This document shows positions 26,092 to 40,000 of a DNA stretch of 64,000 nucleotides, in pieces (the stretch's first letter is position 1; every line of letters begins with the position of its first letter). Made by a program: the position numbers and the translations under genes. Below the pieces are notes generated by a model. The model worked only from the letters and a program-made list of their open reading frames with translations, ran no database searches and had not been told where the DNA came from. The stretch lies in the NCBI RefSeq assembly GCF_001194135.2, contig NC_068996.1, positions 30,114,403 to 30,178,402 of the forward strand. The letters are read 5' to 3'. Source of the stretch: Octopus bimaculoides. Taxonomy: Eukaryota.

Positions 26092-29000
26092 NNNNNNNNN
26101 NNNNNNNNNNNNNNNNNNNNNNNNNNNNNNNNNNNNNNNNNNNNNNNNNNNNNNNNNNNNNNNNNNNNNNNNNNNNNATATATATAAATTAACAGAATGA
26201 GATAAAAATCCAAGGCTGTGAAAGATTTCAGAACATTTATAAATAGGTCTTACAGCTGTTTCCAGAATATTTTATATATCCCTCCATCAGAGACGGTGTG
26301 AGAAAATGGTTAAGGAATAGTTATTTTAGAGAAGATATGAAATAGAGAGTGAAGTGGAGGAATGAAAACAGATGTTAAACATGCAGGGATATTGTATCTG
26401 TAGTTCCATTATTTAAGTAGAATGATATACATATAAGCTTCCTGTGCTTTGTGCGTAAGTTCCAATACTATTTAAAATTGGTCATTCCAAGCATAGAGTT
26501 TGTACCCGGTGTTATTGGATCAAGGGTTTTTTTAAGTGACTTAAAATTTGAGAATGTGTTTGTAAGGTCAAATCAAAAACAGGAAGAGAGGAAAAGGACG
26601 AAAAAAAGAAAGACAGGAATCAACCAAAAATTTTAAGCAACGATATGCCGCTCACCTCCATTCTTTTAGATATGATAAACATTGTAAATCTACAATACTC
26701 GCCAACCACATACATCATCTCAAAAATACATATATACCCTATACTTTATCATGGTCCATACTGGATTCAGGGCTTCCCTACCAAGGTCAACGCTCAACTT
26801 GCAAGCTTTGCCAGAAGGAGGCGCTTCACATATTAGAGCACAACTTTCCAACACTGCTAAATAAACATAGTGAAGCACTAAGCACATGCAACCACTGCTT
26901 TTTTCACACATTCAAATTCTACCACAAATTCGAATGCCTAAACAACTATCCAGTATATTTCCATAATACCCCTTAGGTAATCCCAATAACCTTATAAATC
27001 TACATTTTAACTCCTAATCCTTATCTAATTCCTCTTTCATACTTGAATATCACAATCATTTAATTATATTTGTGTATACATATATGTACATATGTATGCA
27101 TTATTACTATTTATTATTATTGTTTACAAACAATACACAATGCTTCAAGCGAACTACAATATTCTCTTAAAGTATTTAAGTAACACTGAAGTTTTGAGAT
27201 ACTGTTAACATTTCTGAAGGCAGAAAAATGTGTCTCAACTTGGCCTAATTTTGAGCATTGTTGACTTTTCCTCAAATGTCACATAGCCTTCTGACAGTAT
27301 AATGTGTGTGTGGAGAGAGAGAGATAGCAGAGAGCTATTTTCATCCTTTAAATGTTGCTTCAGTAAATCAAACTGATTTGCATAATATTTTACTCGCTGC
27401 TAGTTCAATCAATTATGTGTTATTGGATTAAGCAGCATATATAGATAATTTTAAATGTATATTTAAAGTTTAAAATCTTTTAAGTGATGCTGCATGACTT
27501 TTGCAAAATATGAATATGTGTGATAAGAAGTTTGTTTCTCAACCACATGGTCCCAGGTTTGGTCCCACAGCATGGCACCTTGGGCTAATGTATTCTACAA
27601 TAGCCTCAGGCCAACCAATTCTTTATGAATGGATTTGGTAGATGGAAACTGAATGAAGCCCTTCATATATATATATATATGTATGTGTGTGTCTTTGCAT
27701 CCATGTTTATCCTCTACCACTGCTTAGCAACAGGTGTTGGTATATTTACATATCCATAACATAACAGTTCACCAAAACAGATCAATAGAATAAGTACCAG
27801 GCTTAGCAATATTAATAAGTACTGGGGTCACTTCATTTGACTAAAATTCTTCAAGGTTGTATCACAGTGTGGCCACAGTCTAATGACTGAAACAAGTAAA
27901 AGACAAAAAAAATATACTTGTTATCTCTTCCATGGACAGAAAAATGAGGATTGACTAATCCTGGTTTTGATTTTTGTTGGGTTCTCTTTTGAAGTCATAC
28001 TCCCCACCACCACATGTACCCATGGGGCAATATAAAGCTTATAGATATTTATAGTTCTTAATTGTAGTGGATTCAGTGAATTAATTTGACTTGTATAAAT
28101 AATGCTTTGCTGAAGGCTAGATCAATTAACAAATCTTTAAGTTTACTTTCATCTTAGCCTTTTCTTAAACATCATTCATTTCTATGATTGCCAGGGTGGT
28201 AAATTCTTATTGTCTCTACTTCGTTAAATCACATTTTTATTGTTTCTTAAGCAGCAATACCATTTGTATTTAAATAACATGTGTTCAAGATCATATTATT
28301 ACAAATTTTACAAGTTTGAGCATTGTTTTATAAAATGATATGGGTTAAATGACAATGCTGTTTCTGAATATGCACTTTCGGAGACACTCTTAAATTACCC
28401 TTTTAGTTTACAGTAAAAATTTCATTATCATCATCATTTTCTAAAATGTCATTACCTTATTCTATATGTAGCCACTTTTTTTTCAACACACTAATTTCTA
28501 TCTGAATGTTTCTGAAATTGCAGAGAAAACAACTGTCAAAGAAAAGCCTATGAAGAAAACAAAAGAATTAAAAGTTTTGGATATAAAATCAGCACAAAAT
28601 TTATGTAAGAAAATTTATTTTATCGGCTTCCAAATTCATGTTTCTTTCTCTCTCTTGTTTAGGAAATAACAGAAGTTTTAGTATTTTTTTTCTCCTGTCT
28701 TTACAATATGATTTAGTCTTTTGAAGTTGTAATTAGGAAATTGAACGCTTGTTCATGGTTCTTCAGGTTCCAGGATCATCTGTGGCACATACTTGAAAAG
28801 ATTTGTATTTGTCATTTAAGTATGACAAATTTTTCTCCATTTAAAGAGTTTCTCTTATTTACAGCAATGAGTAATACTTCCCTATGAAATCTAGTAAACT
28901 CAATGATCTGGACCAACAAGTTATGTCAGTTACTTTGCACTTTACAAGTGATGAAATTATGGACCATCAACTATCTAGTTACTAAACAAAATGCCTGTCA

Positions 29001-30983
29001 ATCTACTAGTTGTGACACTTGTTAAACCAGACATATACAGTAGAGTGGAACGTTTTTTAATTTTGTGATGGGGGTAGTGCAGAAAAGTTTGAATGGACAT
29101 CAAAATAATTGGTGTAAAATCTTAGAACTATGTAGTAATATCTTCTGTCTCTATATATTCATTGAAAAATGGAGAGAGTAGAAAAAAAACACCTCTACTT
29201 ATTTATTAACTATAAATTACAGTTTTCATTGCATCTTCTTCATGTAGCTTTTAAATGACTGATGAAATTACTCTAAAATATGTCTTAAACATGTTTTTTA
29301 CTTTGACTTCATCTTCTGCCTCCACAAGGAAGGAGTGGGGGGAACTGTAATTTACATTTACATGAAAAATTTTCTGAATTTGATAAATTACAATTTTTAC
29401 AATATTTTTGCATATTTTGAGACAAGATTATTATTCCAAGTTTCATATAACTAATTGTCAGACAGAAGTCAAATTTTGGACCAATGCAGCAGTTTATAGA
29501 TGGTGCAATTGTAATTATTTGGTAATTACAACTAATTAAATGTAAACATGATATGTGTAAACTTTTAACATGTTTGAAAGAAAGCCACATAAAGTAAACA
29601 ATCATTATACAAAAGATTGTGTGAGGATCAAGTACAACAGTCAGAAAGAATTAGTGATGGACAAGATATCCAACATATCTAAAGTGGTAATAAAAACAAT
29701 AAAAACACGCAATCCAGAGAAATGATTATATACATTAAAATTTCACAACCAAAAATTTCAAAGAATAGCCATGTGATTAAGAAGTTTGCCTCTCAACCAC
29801 ATGGTCTCACGTTCATTCCCATTTGAGCAAGCATCTTCTACTATAGGACCAAGATGATCATCAAAACCTTGTTGATAGATGTTGTTGGAAGGAGCTGCTT
29901 TATACAGTTACTGTAGCATTTTGAATGAGTACTGAAACAATAGCTCAACCATCTAGATTTGGATGTGACATATGAGGTGGTATCAGAGGTTCCTGGACTA
30001 GTTATGTTTGATAAGAAATAAGTTATTTACATAAGTTTAAAGATCATCTCCTTTGAAATAATCACCTTGCGCAGCAATACACTGATCCCATTCTTCCTGC
30101 CACTTTGTAATCTGGTCTGGAAGTTGTTTTCTGTAATCAACTTGAGAACCTTCTGTGATTCGATCTGGATTTTGAAAATGGTGTTAAAATGGCGACATTT
30201 GAGCTGCATTTTCATCTTGGAGAAGAGATGGAAGTCTGCAGGTGCAATATCTGGTAAATAGGGTGGGTGCATAAGTGATACCATGTTTTTGGTGACAAAC
30301 TTGTGAGTGAGGAGGGCTCAGTGAAGAATCCAATTCTTCAGACTCCACAGATCTGGTTGCTTTTGCCAAATATCTTCCCTCAAATTCTTAAAAACATTGC
30401 AGTGGAACTCTCAATTGACGGTCCGAGCCTGGGGGATGAATTCTTAATGCACAATGCCACATTTCCAGGGTGATGCTTGTGACAGGTCTTCCAGATCACT
30501 CATCATCTCCCAGGGACATTCTTCCATTTTTCAAATTCCCGTGCCACTTGAAACATTGTGGACGATGCATTGCTTTATCGATGTAAGGTTGTCAAAGCAT
30601 GATCAATGTTTCTGTAGCAGACTTCCTAAGTTTAACATGAAATTTCACGTTGGCTCTTTATTCCTGTCCATGACAAAATTGCAGACTACAGTATACACAT
30701 GATCACAAAAACACAAATTTCACAATTTGTGAAGTAAACACAGCGATGTCACTCTGCACACTACCTCATGAAGGTCACTGCTAGCTCTCCCTGTGCACAC
30801 AGGCATATGCTGCCATCTGAAGGTGCACTACAGAACTAGTCTGGGAAATTATTCACATTCGGCAGATATTTGTCCTCATCTTGTTTGTTGTTAACACAAC
30901 GTTTCGGCTTCTTCAGGTGTCTTGGGGAAATTTCGAACCTGGGTTCTCATTCCTAATGTATTTTTCAATGTTGTTATTATTGC

Positions 30984-31023
<40 letters not shown>

Positions 31024-34000
31024 GTTGAGGTCACTGCTTGGAATTGAACTCGGAATCTTGGGGTTAAGAGCATGGGCTACTACCCTAAGATTCCGAGTTT
31101 GATTCCAAGCAGTGACCTGAACAAAAACACTAATAATAATAACATCGAAAAATACCTTAGGAATGAGAACCCCGGTTTGAAATTTCCCCAAGACATCTGA
31201 TGAAGGCTGGAGGTTATATCAGCCGAAATGTTGTGTTAGCAACAAACAAGATGAGGACAAATATCTGTTGAATGTAAATAATGTACATAATTGCTCATCT
31301 CTTAAATATAGAACCGTATAGTCTGAGAAAGTTTTGATACCATTTTGTATCTTGACTTCGATAAAGTCACTCATAGATTTATGTCACAAACTGTGACCTT
31401 TCTATTGCTGGAAAACTAGGGTGGTTGTTGCATGACTTTTTAAAAGATAGGAGTCAGACAGTTTCAGCCCATGGTGCCTTCTCTGAGAAGACCTCAATCC
31501 TAAACAGAGTCCCGCAGGGAAGTGTACTGGGACCGCTACTGTTTGTGGTGGCTCTCTCAGACATATATCTGAGAAACTGTTCTGACACCCAGCATGATTT
31601 CTGCTCAGGAATAAGCTGCCTTACACTGCTTTTGCAGCATTATGACTGGGTGTTGAAACAATTAAGGAATCACGCAAATGTGTATGTGATATATTTCAAC
31701 TTTGCAAAAGCCTTTGAAAAGGTCAATCATAGGATGATATGTCACAGGCTGTGGATACTCGGCATAGTAAGAAAACTAGGAGAGTGGTTACATGACTTCT
31801 TAAAAGACAAAAGCCAGGCTTTGGTAGCCAATGGAGGTTTGTCCAAGGAAACAGTAATATAGTGTGGAGTACTTCAGGGAACTGTATTGGGGCTGCTGCT
31901 ATTTATGGTGGTTCTCTTGGACATGTCATCAGATAAGCAGACAACACAAAAGCAGTACAAGCAGTCAAGGAACTTGCAGCTGCTAATCTTTTACAAAAAG
32001 ACCTAGATTCTATATATAAACAGGCTGAATAAAACATGTAATTCAATGCAAGTACATTCCAAGCCTTCCACTATCAGATAGCTAGTGCTCACATGCCACA
32101 ACAACAATACTTTGGACCAAAAGGAGCAGCACTCCTGGAGTCAAGTATAGTGTCTTATCTGGTGATAGATATGAGCAACGTCACTTCATTTTATGTATAT
32201 ATCACCAAGATGGTGGCAATGTATAAGCAAATGATGGGATGGGTTCTGAGAACCTCTAAAATCAGAGACCAGCAAACTATGCTGGTTCTGCAGAAGACTT
32301 TTGTAATCAGCTGTCTAGACTACTGATCTCAATTGTGATCATCCCACAATGTCATAATAATGGGACTTGAGGTAGTTCAGTAGTGGTGTTACATAAGAAA
32401 TATTGATATGCATTCATTAGATACTAACACTGTTCATAGGACATTTATGTATAAATTTTTTAATATGTTTATCTGTATGATAACAATAATTATATATTTT
32501 TTCAAACAATATTTTAATGAATACATATCAGTATTCGGATCTTTTTTAAAACGGGGGCCACATTTTTCATTAATGTTTTACGTAGTGTTTTTGGTACCGA
32601 AAGACTTTCAAACTTCGTATACTTATCTATTTTGTGTTATAGAACAGAAAAATATTTTTGTATTCGAATTTATTTCATGTAAAAAATTGTCTTATTTCGA
32701 TAATTTCAACCAATCACTGACGTCCACTCAGCCGATATACATTAAGTGCCGACTACATAAACAAACGATTCTTCGTTTTATTTGCTTTTTTCATTTTAAA
32801 TTTGCTTTAACCCTAACCCTAAGCCTAAGCCTAACCCTAACTCTAACCCTAGGGTTAGGGTTAGGGTTAGGGTTAATTGTTTCAGAATCGTTTGTTTATG
32901 TAGTCGACACTTAATGTATATCGGCTGAATGGATGTCAGTGATTGGTTGAAATTACAGAAATACGACAACTTTAACATGGAATAATTTATGGATTTCTTT
33001 TTTTTTTAAGAAGACTAAGAGAAAAAGATGTTTTATATGACACATTCTACCAGTGTTCCAAGTTTCAAAGTGTTTCGTTAATGAAAAATGTGGCCCCCGT
33101 TTTAAAAAAGATCCCAGTATTCTTCTTCTATGTATTTACCTTATATTCTTCAATCTCTACCCCTCTACAATAGTAAAAAATATTGCTTCTATTCTATTTT
33201 ACACCCTAATTTTCATATTCTTCATGTTGTTCATTTTGTTCAATTTTCATGTTCATACTTTTTTTCGCTGATATTGTAGTAGACTAGATTACTTGGTGGA
33301 AAGATGTGGATATGTTACTACTTGAGTTATGGCTGCATATTCTAAAGTAATAACATTTTTTGTACAAAAGAATGAAGGAATAATAAATCTACAAAACACT
33401 ACATAAAGTATATTTAAATTTCTTTGAATTATAAAGTTCAGTTACTTAGATCTAATATAACAAAATATGAGAACCAGTTGTAGAAACAGTAGAATCAGAT
33501 AGTCTTTGCAGGAAAAACAGAAGTGTAATAGCAGAGAAGAAAAGAATACAACACAGCAACGACATGAATGACTCTAAATGAAGAAAGGCTAAGAGCAAAC
33601 CTCTAGGTTTGTGTGCTGCTTTTATAAGGGGAACGCTGGAGTTTTCCAGAACATTCCAGTAGTTAAAATTCAAACAATTTCAAGACGCACACACAGAAAT
33701 TACTGTTGCAATTAAAGGAGCTCACTCATTTGTAGAAATTTTAGTAGTAAGGAACCAGAAAGTTCACAGAGATATTTGTTGTTTTCTTCATTATTATTTT
33801 TCAGACACTCTGTGGTAACAATATTATTGCATGTAAATATGGAAAGAAAAGAGTTTGGGGATTTGCTTAGCAAAATGTTATGTCAAAGATTCTGCGTCAC
33901 AGACAGAACTTAATTACAACCTGCCTGGGTTACAAGAATGCATTTGATTCAATTACTCATTCTTGAATGCTAGAGTTCCAAGGACCAGAGTCAGTGCCAT

Positions 34001-37000
34001 AGACAATCTGGCTCTGTCCTGAGCCATCATCCTTAAATTTAATGCAATAATTGATAGCATTGTCTAAGTGTGTCGTGGAAGATTGAAAATAAATGTATGA
34101 TGGTGACACTCATTTACAACTATTGTGTGATATCAAGACAAGGAAATACAAATATGCACACATCCACTCATATACATATAATTGGCACAAAGTGGCAAGT
34201 AAACTTCTTAATCATGCAGCCATTCTTGCACCTAGATTTAAAGAAAACATATGGTCCTCAAACCTCTCTGCATACAATAAATCAGTGTCTCACAATGTGT
34301 TTGATGTACCAATACTCATGCCAACATTTGAGTTATTTAAACAGGTACTAGGAAACATCAAGATCATTGATATTAAAACCTGAATAATTATTAACCAATA
34401 CCAGAAATTTTTACATCAATAATGATGCAGACCACTTCTTCCTAAAGCAAAAACAAAGAAACTGAGTCATTTCAAACAGCCTTTGAATGTTGCATTATAT
34501 CCCTTCATTCAAATTCTGCTGACTGATATGTGTCAAAGTATCTCCATGGATTAAGTCTGCATACAATGAGGCTGATAACATTGAGATTGAAACAAAACTC
34601 CCTAGAAAATATTGCCTGATTATTGACAAAGAGTACACACCAAGGGTTGTTGCACATCTCTACCACAACAGATCAATTAGAAATTAGGAAGTCATGCCAA
34701 GCTATGTTGACAGGAAACTTTAAAATGATAGTAATATAGGTAACCAACTGGCATACTAGCTCTCATTTTGAAGGATGTGCTTTTGTAATCCAGGATCACA
34801 AAATGACCACAAAATGCTTTTTTATGTAAAAGGGATGCAGATAAATACCTAGATGATACAAAAACAACACTGATGTGTCAAGTGTCCAAAACATACCATG
34901 ATATTCTAACCAAACATACAATACTTAGAATGTTAATCCTGAGAGTAAAATATATAAGTTCCTGTTTTGTGGAGGGCATATTCACTCAAAATATGAAAAA
35001 ATACTAGTGGAATGTAGCTTTCAAAAACCTCAATAAAATGTAGGTATAACAGTCCATATATCATGATCTAGGGCAGTGTGCACAATAATGAAAATCATTT
35101 GCAGATTTTAACACTATATTTATTCCTTGAATTATTTGAGAGCATTAATCTTGAAGATGAGTTTTGCAAAATCAAACCAGAACAAACAGACCAATTAAAA
35201 AATTACAATGACAAGACATTAATGGAACTGTGAAAAATATCTAAAACATACCCTGTGCATATGTACATGTAAACTTACAGAAATATGTATGTATACACTC
35301 ATAATTCATGCAGATCAACACATGCAGTGAAATCCATGAATGCACGTATGCATATGTATGCAGATACATATATGCATACATGACTGCCTAGTTGTTGTCT
35401 AAATTCTAATGAAAGAACCTTGTTTTGGGGTTAGAAGCAGGTCTCATTTTTGTTGGTGAGAAATTAGAACATGAAACATGAAAATGAAATTAGAAATGAA
35501 ATCAGCAAAAGATTCATTAGTAAAAATATATGCTTGCATAAATGCATGTTTTTTTTTTCTAAGTTTTTTTCCTTTGCAGAATTCAATTTGATCAGTAAAC
35601 AAAGTGACAAGGCTCTTTTGTTTAAGACAAAACAGCTCTTGAGGTTTGTGGTTATCTGAATTAGTTGGTGTATGAATAAACTTGTGCTTGTGTAGTGGCT
35701 GTGCATGCCACTTTAGTATACAAGTGTGTGTGTGTGTGTGTGTGCTTCATTACTGTGTGCATGTGTTTAACTCATAAATCCCAAGTGGAGAATCTATGGA
35801 ATTTTTTTTACAAATTTTGACTTACCTCTGATCAGTTGTATTTAGAGAATGCAAATCTGTTTGCTCTGATTTTTTTGTTTTTTGTTTTTGAGAACACCTG
35901 CATTTCCAGCATTTTGTGATGTGTTATGTACTCCAGTGCACGCACCTATCATTATAGAAACAAATGAATATCTATAATTTAGATAAAGGAGTTAGAAGTT
36001 TCTCATTTGTTCTCCATAGAAGTTCTTTTCCCAATATCTTTTACATGACATCATATCTGACCAGCATCTGATCTCTACAATGATGCATGACTCTTGTTTC
36101 TTGTCCCATACAACCATATGTAGCATGTGCTTACTCCACATCGCTATTTTTATTAGAATGTTCCACCAGTATTATTTATTTTTAACAATGTGTATACTCT
36201 CTGGTTCAAGTGTGCTTTTGATATGTCCTTCTTGCATATAGTGTGTGTACTTGTATGCATTTTTAATGAATATCTTTGGTTTTATTTTTCGAATTTCTCA
36301 CCAAGAGAAAAAGCCAGAAAATGTCATATATATGTCTCTGATCAAAATATATTGAAGAAATTAGAAGCAGGAAAAAAAAAGTTATAGACATTACTTGAAA
36401 AATACCTTTGTAAGTTTCCCCATGTTTGAATAACCATTTTTTTTAGGAAATTACATTTGTTACTGAAATTTTAATTTCTTTTTCAGCTATATTATTAGGT
36501 TCTGTGAAACTACCTTATGAAGAAATCAAGAGGTGTATACTACAGGTTGACTTGGAAAATCTTTCTCAACATATACTTGAACAACTTCTGAATTATCTAC
36601 CACCACAAGATGCTATAAATCAACTGGGTACCATGAAAGATAACTATAATGAACTAGCTGAATCAGAACAATTTATGGTTGTGGTAAGTTGCATTCACTT
36701 TGTATTTTTTGTTTTATTTTACTAAAGCTTTTTGTACATTTTCATAACGATTGTTGTCATTTGTTTTATTTTTGTTTGCTGTAATTATGTTTGTTTTATT
36801 TCTTTATTTTTAGTGGTTTTACTTTTTCATCTAATTTCCAAAATTTCTTTACTATCATGATTTGTAACTAACACTGAACACTCAATATTTCCCTTTTATA
36901 TAGGGTTTTAAAGTCACTGTATTTTCTGCAGATATTTAGCATTAGCAGTTGTTAATATTCATCACTTTTCCTTTGTGCAATACTTTATGATGTTGGTATA

Positions 37001-40000
37001 ACGTAGTAAGACCTTGTTGTGTCTGGGGAGAATCATTATGCCAATATTATTAACACATACACTGGTTCAATTCCATTTGCTTTTTTTTTTGTCAATTGGT
37101 TAAATATGCAACTAACTAATCAATTGTTTGTTTAATTTGGTTAAACAATAAGTCTTTTGTTTGTCAAAACTTTTTCATTGCTACTTGCAACCTTTTCAAT
37201 GACTTTTCAATTGACTAATAATAAAGGAGTGGAATTGAACCAGTGTGTGTGTTAATAATATTGACATAATGACTCTCCCTAGACATAACAAAATTTGTTC
37301 CAACCCATTTGCAAACCAACAAAACCTTAGTAAGACTTACTAGAATCAAAATACTAAAAAAATAAACAAAAAGAATGTATTATTTCACTCATTACTTCTA
37401 GAAAGTTTCATATAATTTTTTAAGTTGCAAATACTGCATCAAGTCTTTAGAATCAATATATCTGTAAGTGCTAAGCAACTATTGACACTTAAAACAGAAC
37501 TCTTTCACTAGCACCTTGTTTATATTCAACTGTTAGACATTCACTTGAGGACCTGACACATCCATATTGACTGGTCTTTTGTTGCCAATTTTTCTTTCAT
37601 AATTTTTCACTTTTTGGAAACATTTTTAATTCTTTGTCTTTCATCTTTTTATATTATAACATTGCCTGTAATTTATATGTAATACCAGCATATGTTGTTA
37701 AATCTGTTAAATATTTTCTCTAAATAATAGTGTATGAATTATAATGATACAGTGTATGTGGTTCCGTCCAACCTACTGTAATGTGCGGAAACTATGCAGA
37801 CATAGGTGGGATGACAAACTGAACATATTAACATTTTTTTTCTTATCAGAGCTGTTACACTATATTGAAAATTATTCTCTAATTAGAAAATATCAGATTT
37901 AAGAACTCTAACACACTGCTAAATTCTAGATCTGAAACTTTTAGCAATTGTAAGCATATGACTAACTTCCTATTGATGAAGTGGAGAGTGCCACTATCTC
38001 TGGATTGACTAACTGTACCACAGACTCTAAGCCACTGTAATTAGTGTGGATGCCTTTATATTGTTAATGTATTTATGCATCCTGTTCAGTATACACTTTG
38101 TTTTTAATGTTTGTATACAATAAAATTAATTTACTAAGATTAATTAGTTATATTTCTTTTTTTTTTTCAGATATCAGATATCAAATCTGTAAATCAAAGA
38201 GTATCATCACTATTATTTCGAGTGAAATATGAAGAAATCATAAATGACATCAAGCCTGTGAGTGATTATATTTCCACTAATTAGTTTTAATGAACAACCT
38301 CTCAGATCTGGGCCCTTGCATCTAATTTTACCTTTCACTTGGGCTCTTGCGCAAAAAAATAGCTGCACATCCAGCTCAAGAGTAATAATTGCAAGCAAAC
38401 TAATGGACAGAATAAAAAAAAAAATTCAGGAGAATAACAATAATAGGCCTATCTCTCAATTAGTTATTTGTTAATATATATATATATATATATATATANN
38501 NNNNNNNNNNNNNNNNNNNNNNNNNNNNNNNNNNNNNNNNNNNNNNNNNNNNNNNNNNNNNNNNNNNNNNNNNNNNNNNNNNNNNNNNNNNNNNNNNNNN
38601 NNNNNNNNNNNNNNNNNNNNNNNNNNNNNNNNNNNNNNNNNNNNNNNNNNNNNNNNNNNNNNNNNNNNNNNNNNNNNNNNNNNNNNNNNNNNNNNNNNNN
38701 NNNNNNNNNNNNNNNNNNNNNNNNNNNNNNNNNNNNNNNNNNNNNNNNNNNNNNNNNNNNNNNNNNNNNNNNNNNNNNNNNNNNNNNNNNNNNNNNNNNN
38801 NNNNNNNNNNNNNNNNNNNNNNNNNNNNNNNNNNNNNNNNNNNNNNNNNNNNNNNNNNNNNNNNNNNNNNNNNNNNNNNNNNNNNNNNNNNNNNNNNNNN
38901 NNNNNNNNNNNNNNNNNNNNNNNNNNNNNNNNNNNNNNNNNNGAAAGTATGATAGGCGAGCCAGCCCATCATCTTCCCTCACGGATTACCATGTGCGTCG
39001 CAGGCGGTACCGCAGAAAATCTGTGGTTTACTATCCGGGAGTGAATAATTAATTATTACAATTGAAAGGGTAAAGGATTATCAATTTATTAATAAATTAA
39101 TAATTAATAATTTTTACCAAGCCCTTCGGTATGTAAGCACCATTATCGGTGTGGAACTTATTTAAAAGTTCTTATACATTTATAAACAAAATTAAGGGAT
39201 CAGCAACAGGTTGCTTCACCACATACCGAAGTTCAGAAATAGCAGCTAAAAATGCTGAAACTCCAACAGATAGCAGTTACCCGCAACTCAATATATATAT
39301 ATTAATTTATCCTTAAAGCCACTATTGGCTAGGGCATTGTTGTATGAGGGGGCTGCCTTTTCAAAAATTTCTTTAGAGGAAAAGAGGTTAGAAACTCTGT
39401 TAATAATGTTAGCTATCAGGTTTTTGAATACTACAGAGGAGTGACAATCAGAATAATAATAAAAGACCTAGGAAAATAATTTAGTCCCCCCCTCTTTCCC
39501 TTAATGTAAAAACTAACATAGGTAAGAAGATTCCTGTCTTTCCTAGACCAATGTTTTCCAGAAAATCAGAGGTACAGGAAAACGTTTAACAGGCGCTCAG
39601 TGAAATTATATAGCTGCTGCCCCAATATGAAAAGCGTCATTACATGAGAACAACATCCAGGAACCTGTCCACTCAACCAGAGATGTATGATTAAATCCTT
39701 CATATATGGGGAAGAAGTTAGAGCCACACTAGATGATAACACAACTGATAAGAAGAGCTATATCAGACTATGTGAAGGAAAATTCAAAAACTGCTATGCT
39801 AATCACATATCTTCTTTCTGACACAGGAACAAAAGTAAAGCTATTAAGTTGGCCAGCGACTGATGGGGTTTGAAGACAAATGCAACACCACATGCAATAA
39901 AGTGGAAAATAGTTGAAAAGTCTACCCTGTATGTTAATGGATCAAAAAATGTAAGCTATGTGTACCTGAAAAATATCAGATCTAAGAATTCTAACACACT

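Larger units (their letters stand above)
30849..31318. mobile_element. foldback non-autonomous retroelement with a tRNA/Pol III-like head and a hammerhead motif in each arm
   Basis: Arms 30849-31066 and about 31079-31281 are inverted copies. 12-bp TSD TAGTCTG[G/A]GAAA at 30837-30848 and 31319-31330. Confidence 0.8.
29973..31347 (-). mobile_element. mariner transposon with one TIR split by a 470-bp insertion
   Basis: TA|TGAGGTGGTATC left end and GATACCATTTTG|TA right end; ORF 30027..30284 with [20 protein letters not shown]. Confidence 0.85.

Noticed and set aside
30881-31191. Poly-Leu, poly-Ile and poly-Asn ORFs
   Set aside because: Products of the (TTA)n tract in the foldback element.
32808-32876. 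Telomere-telomere fusion scar
   Set aside because: A fusion reads (TTAGGG)n(CCCTAA)n. The order here is the reverse, and the tract lies at the symmetry axis of a TSD-flanked MITE.
32408-32978. ORFs with [10 protein letters not shown] runs
   Set aside because: Translations of the telomeric repeats; no protein similarity recognised.
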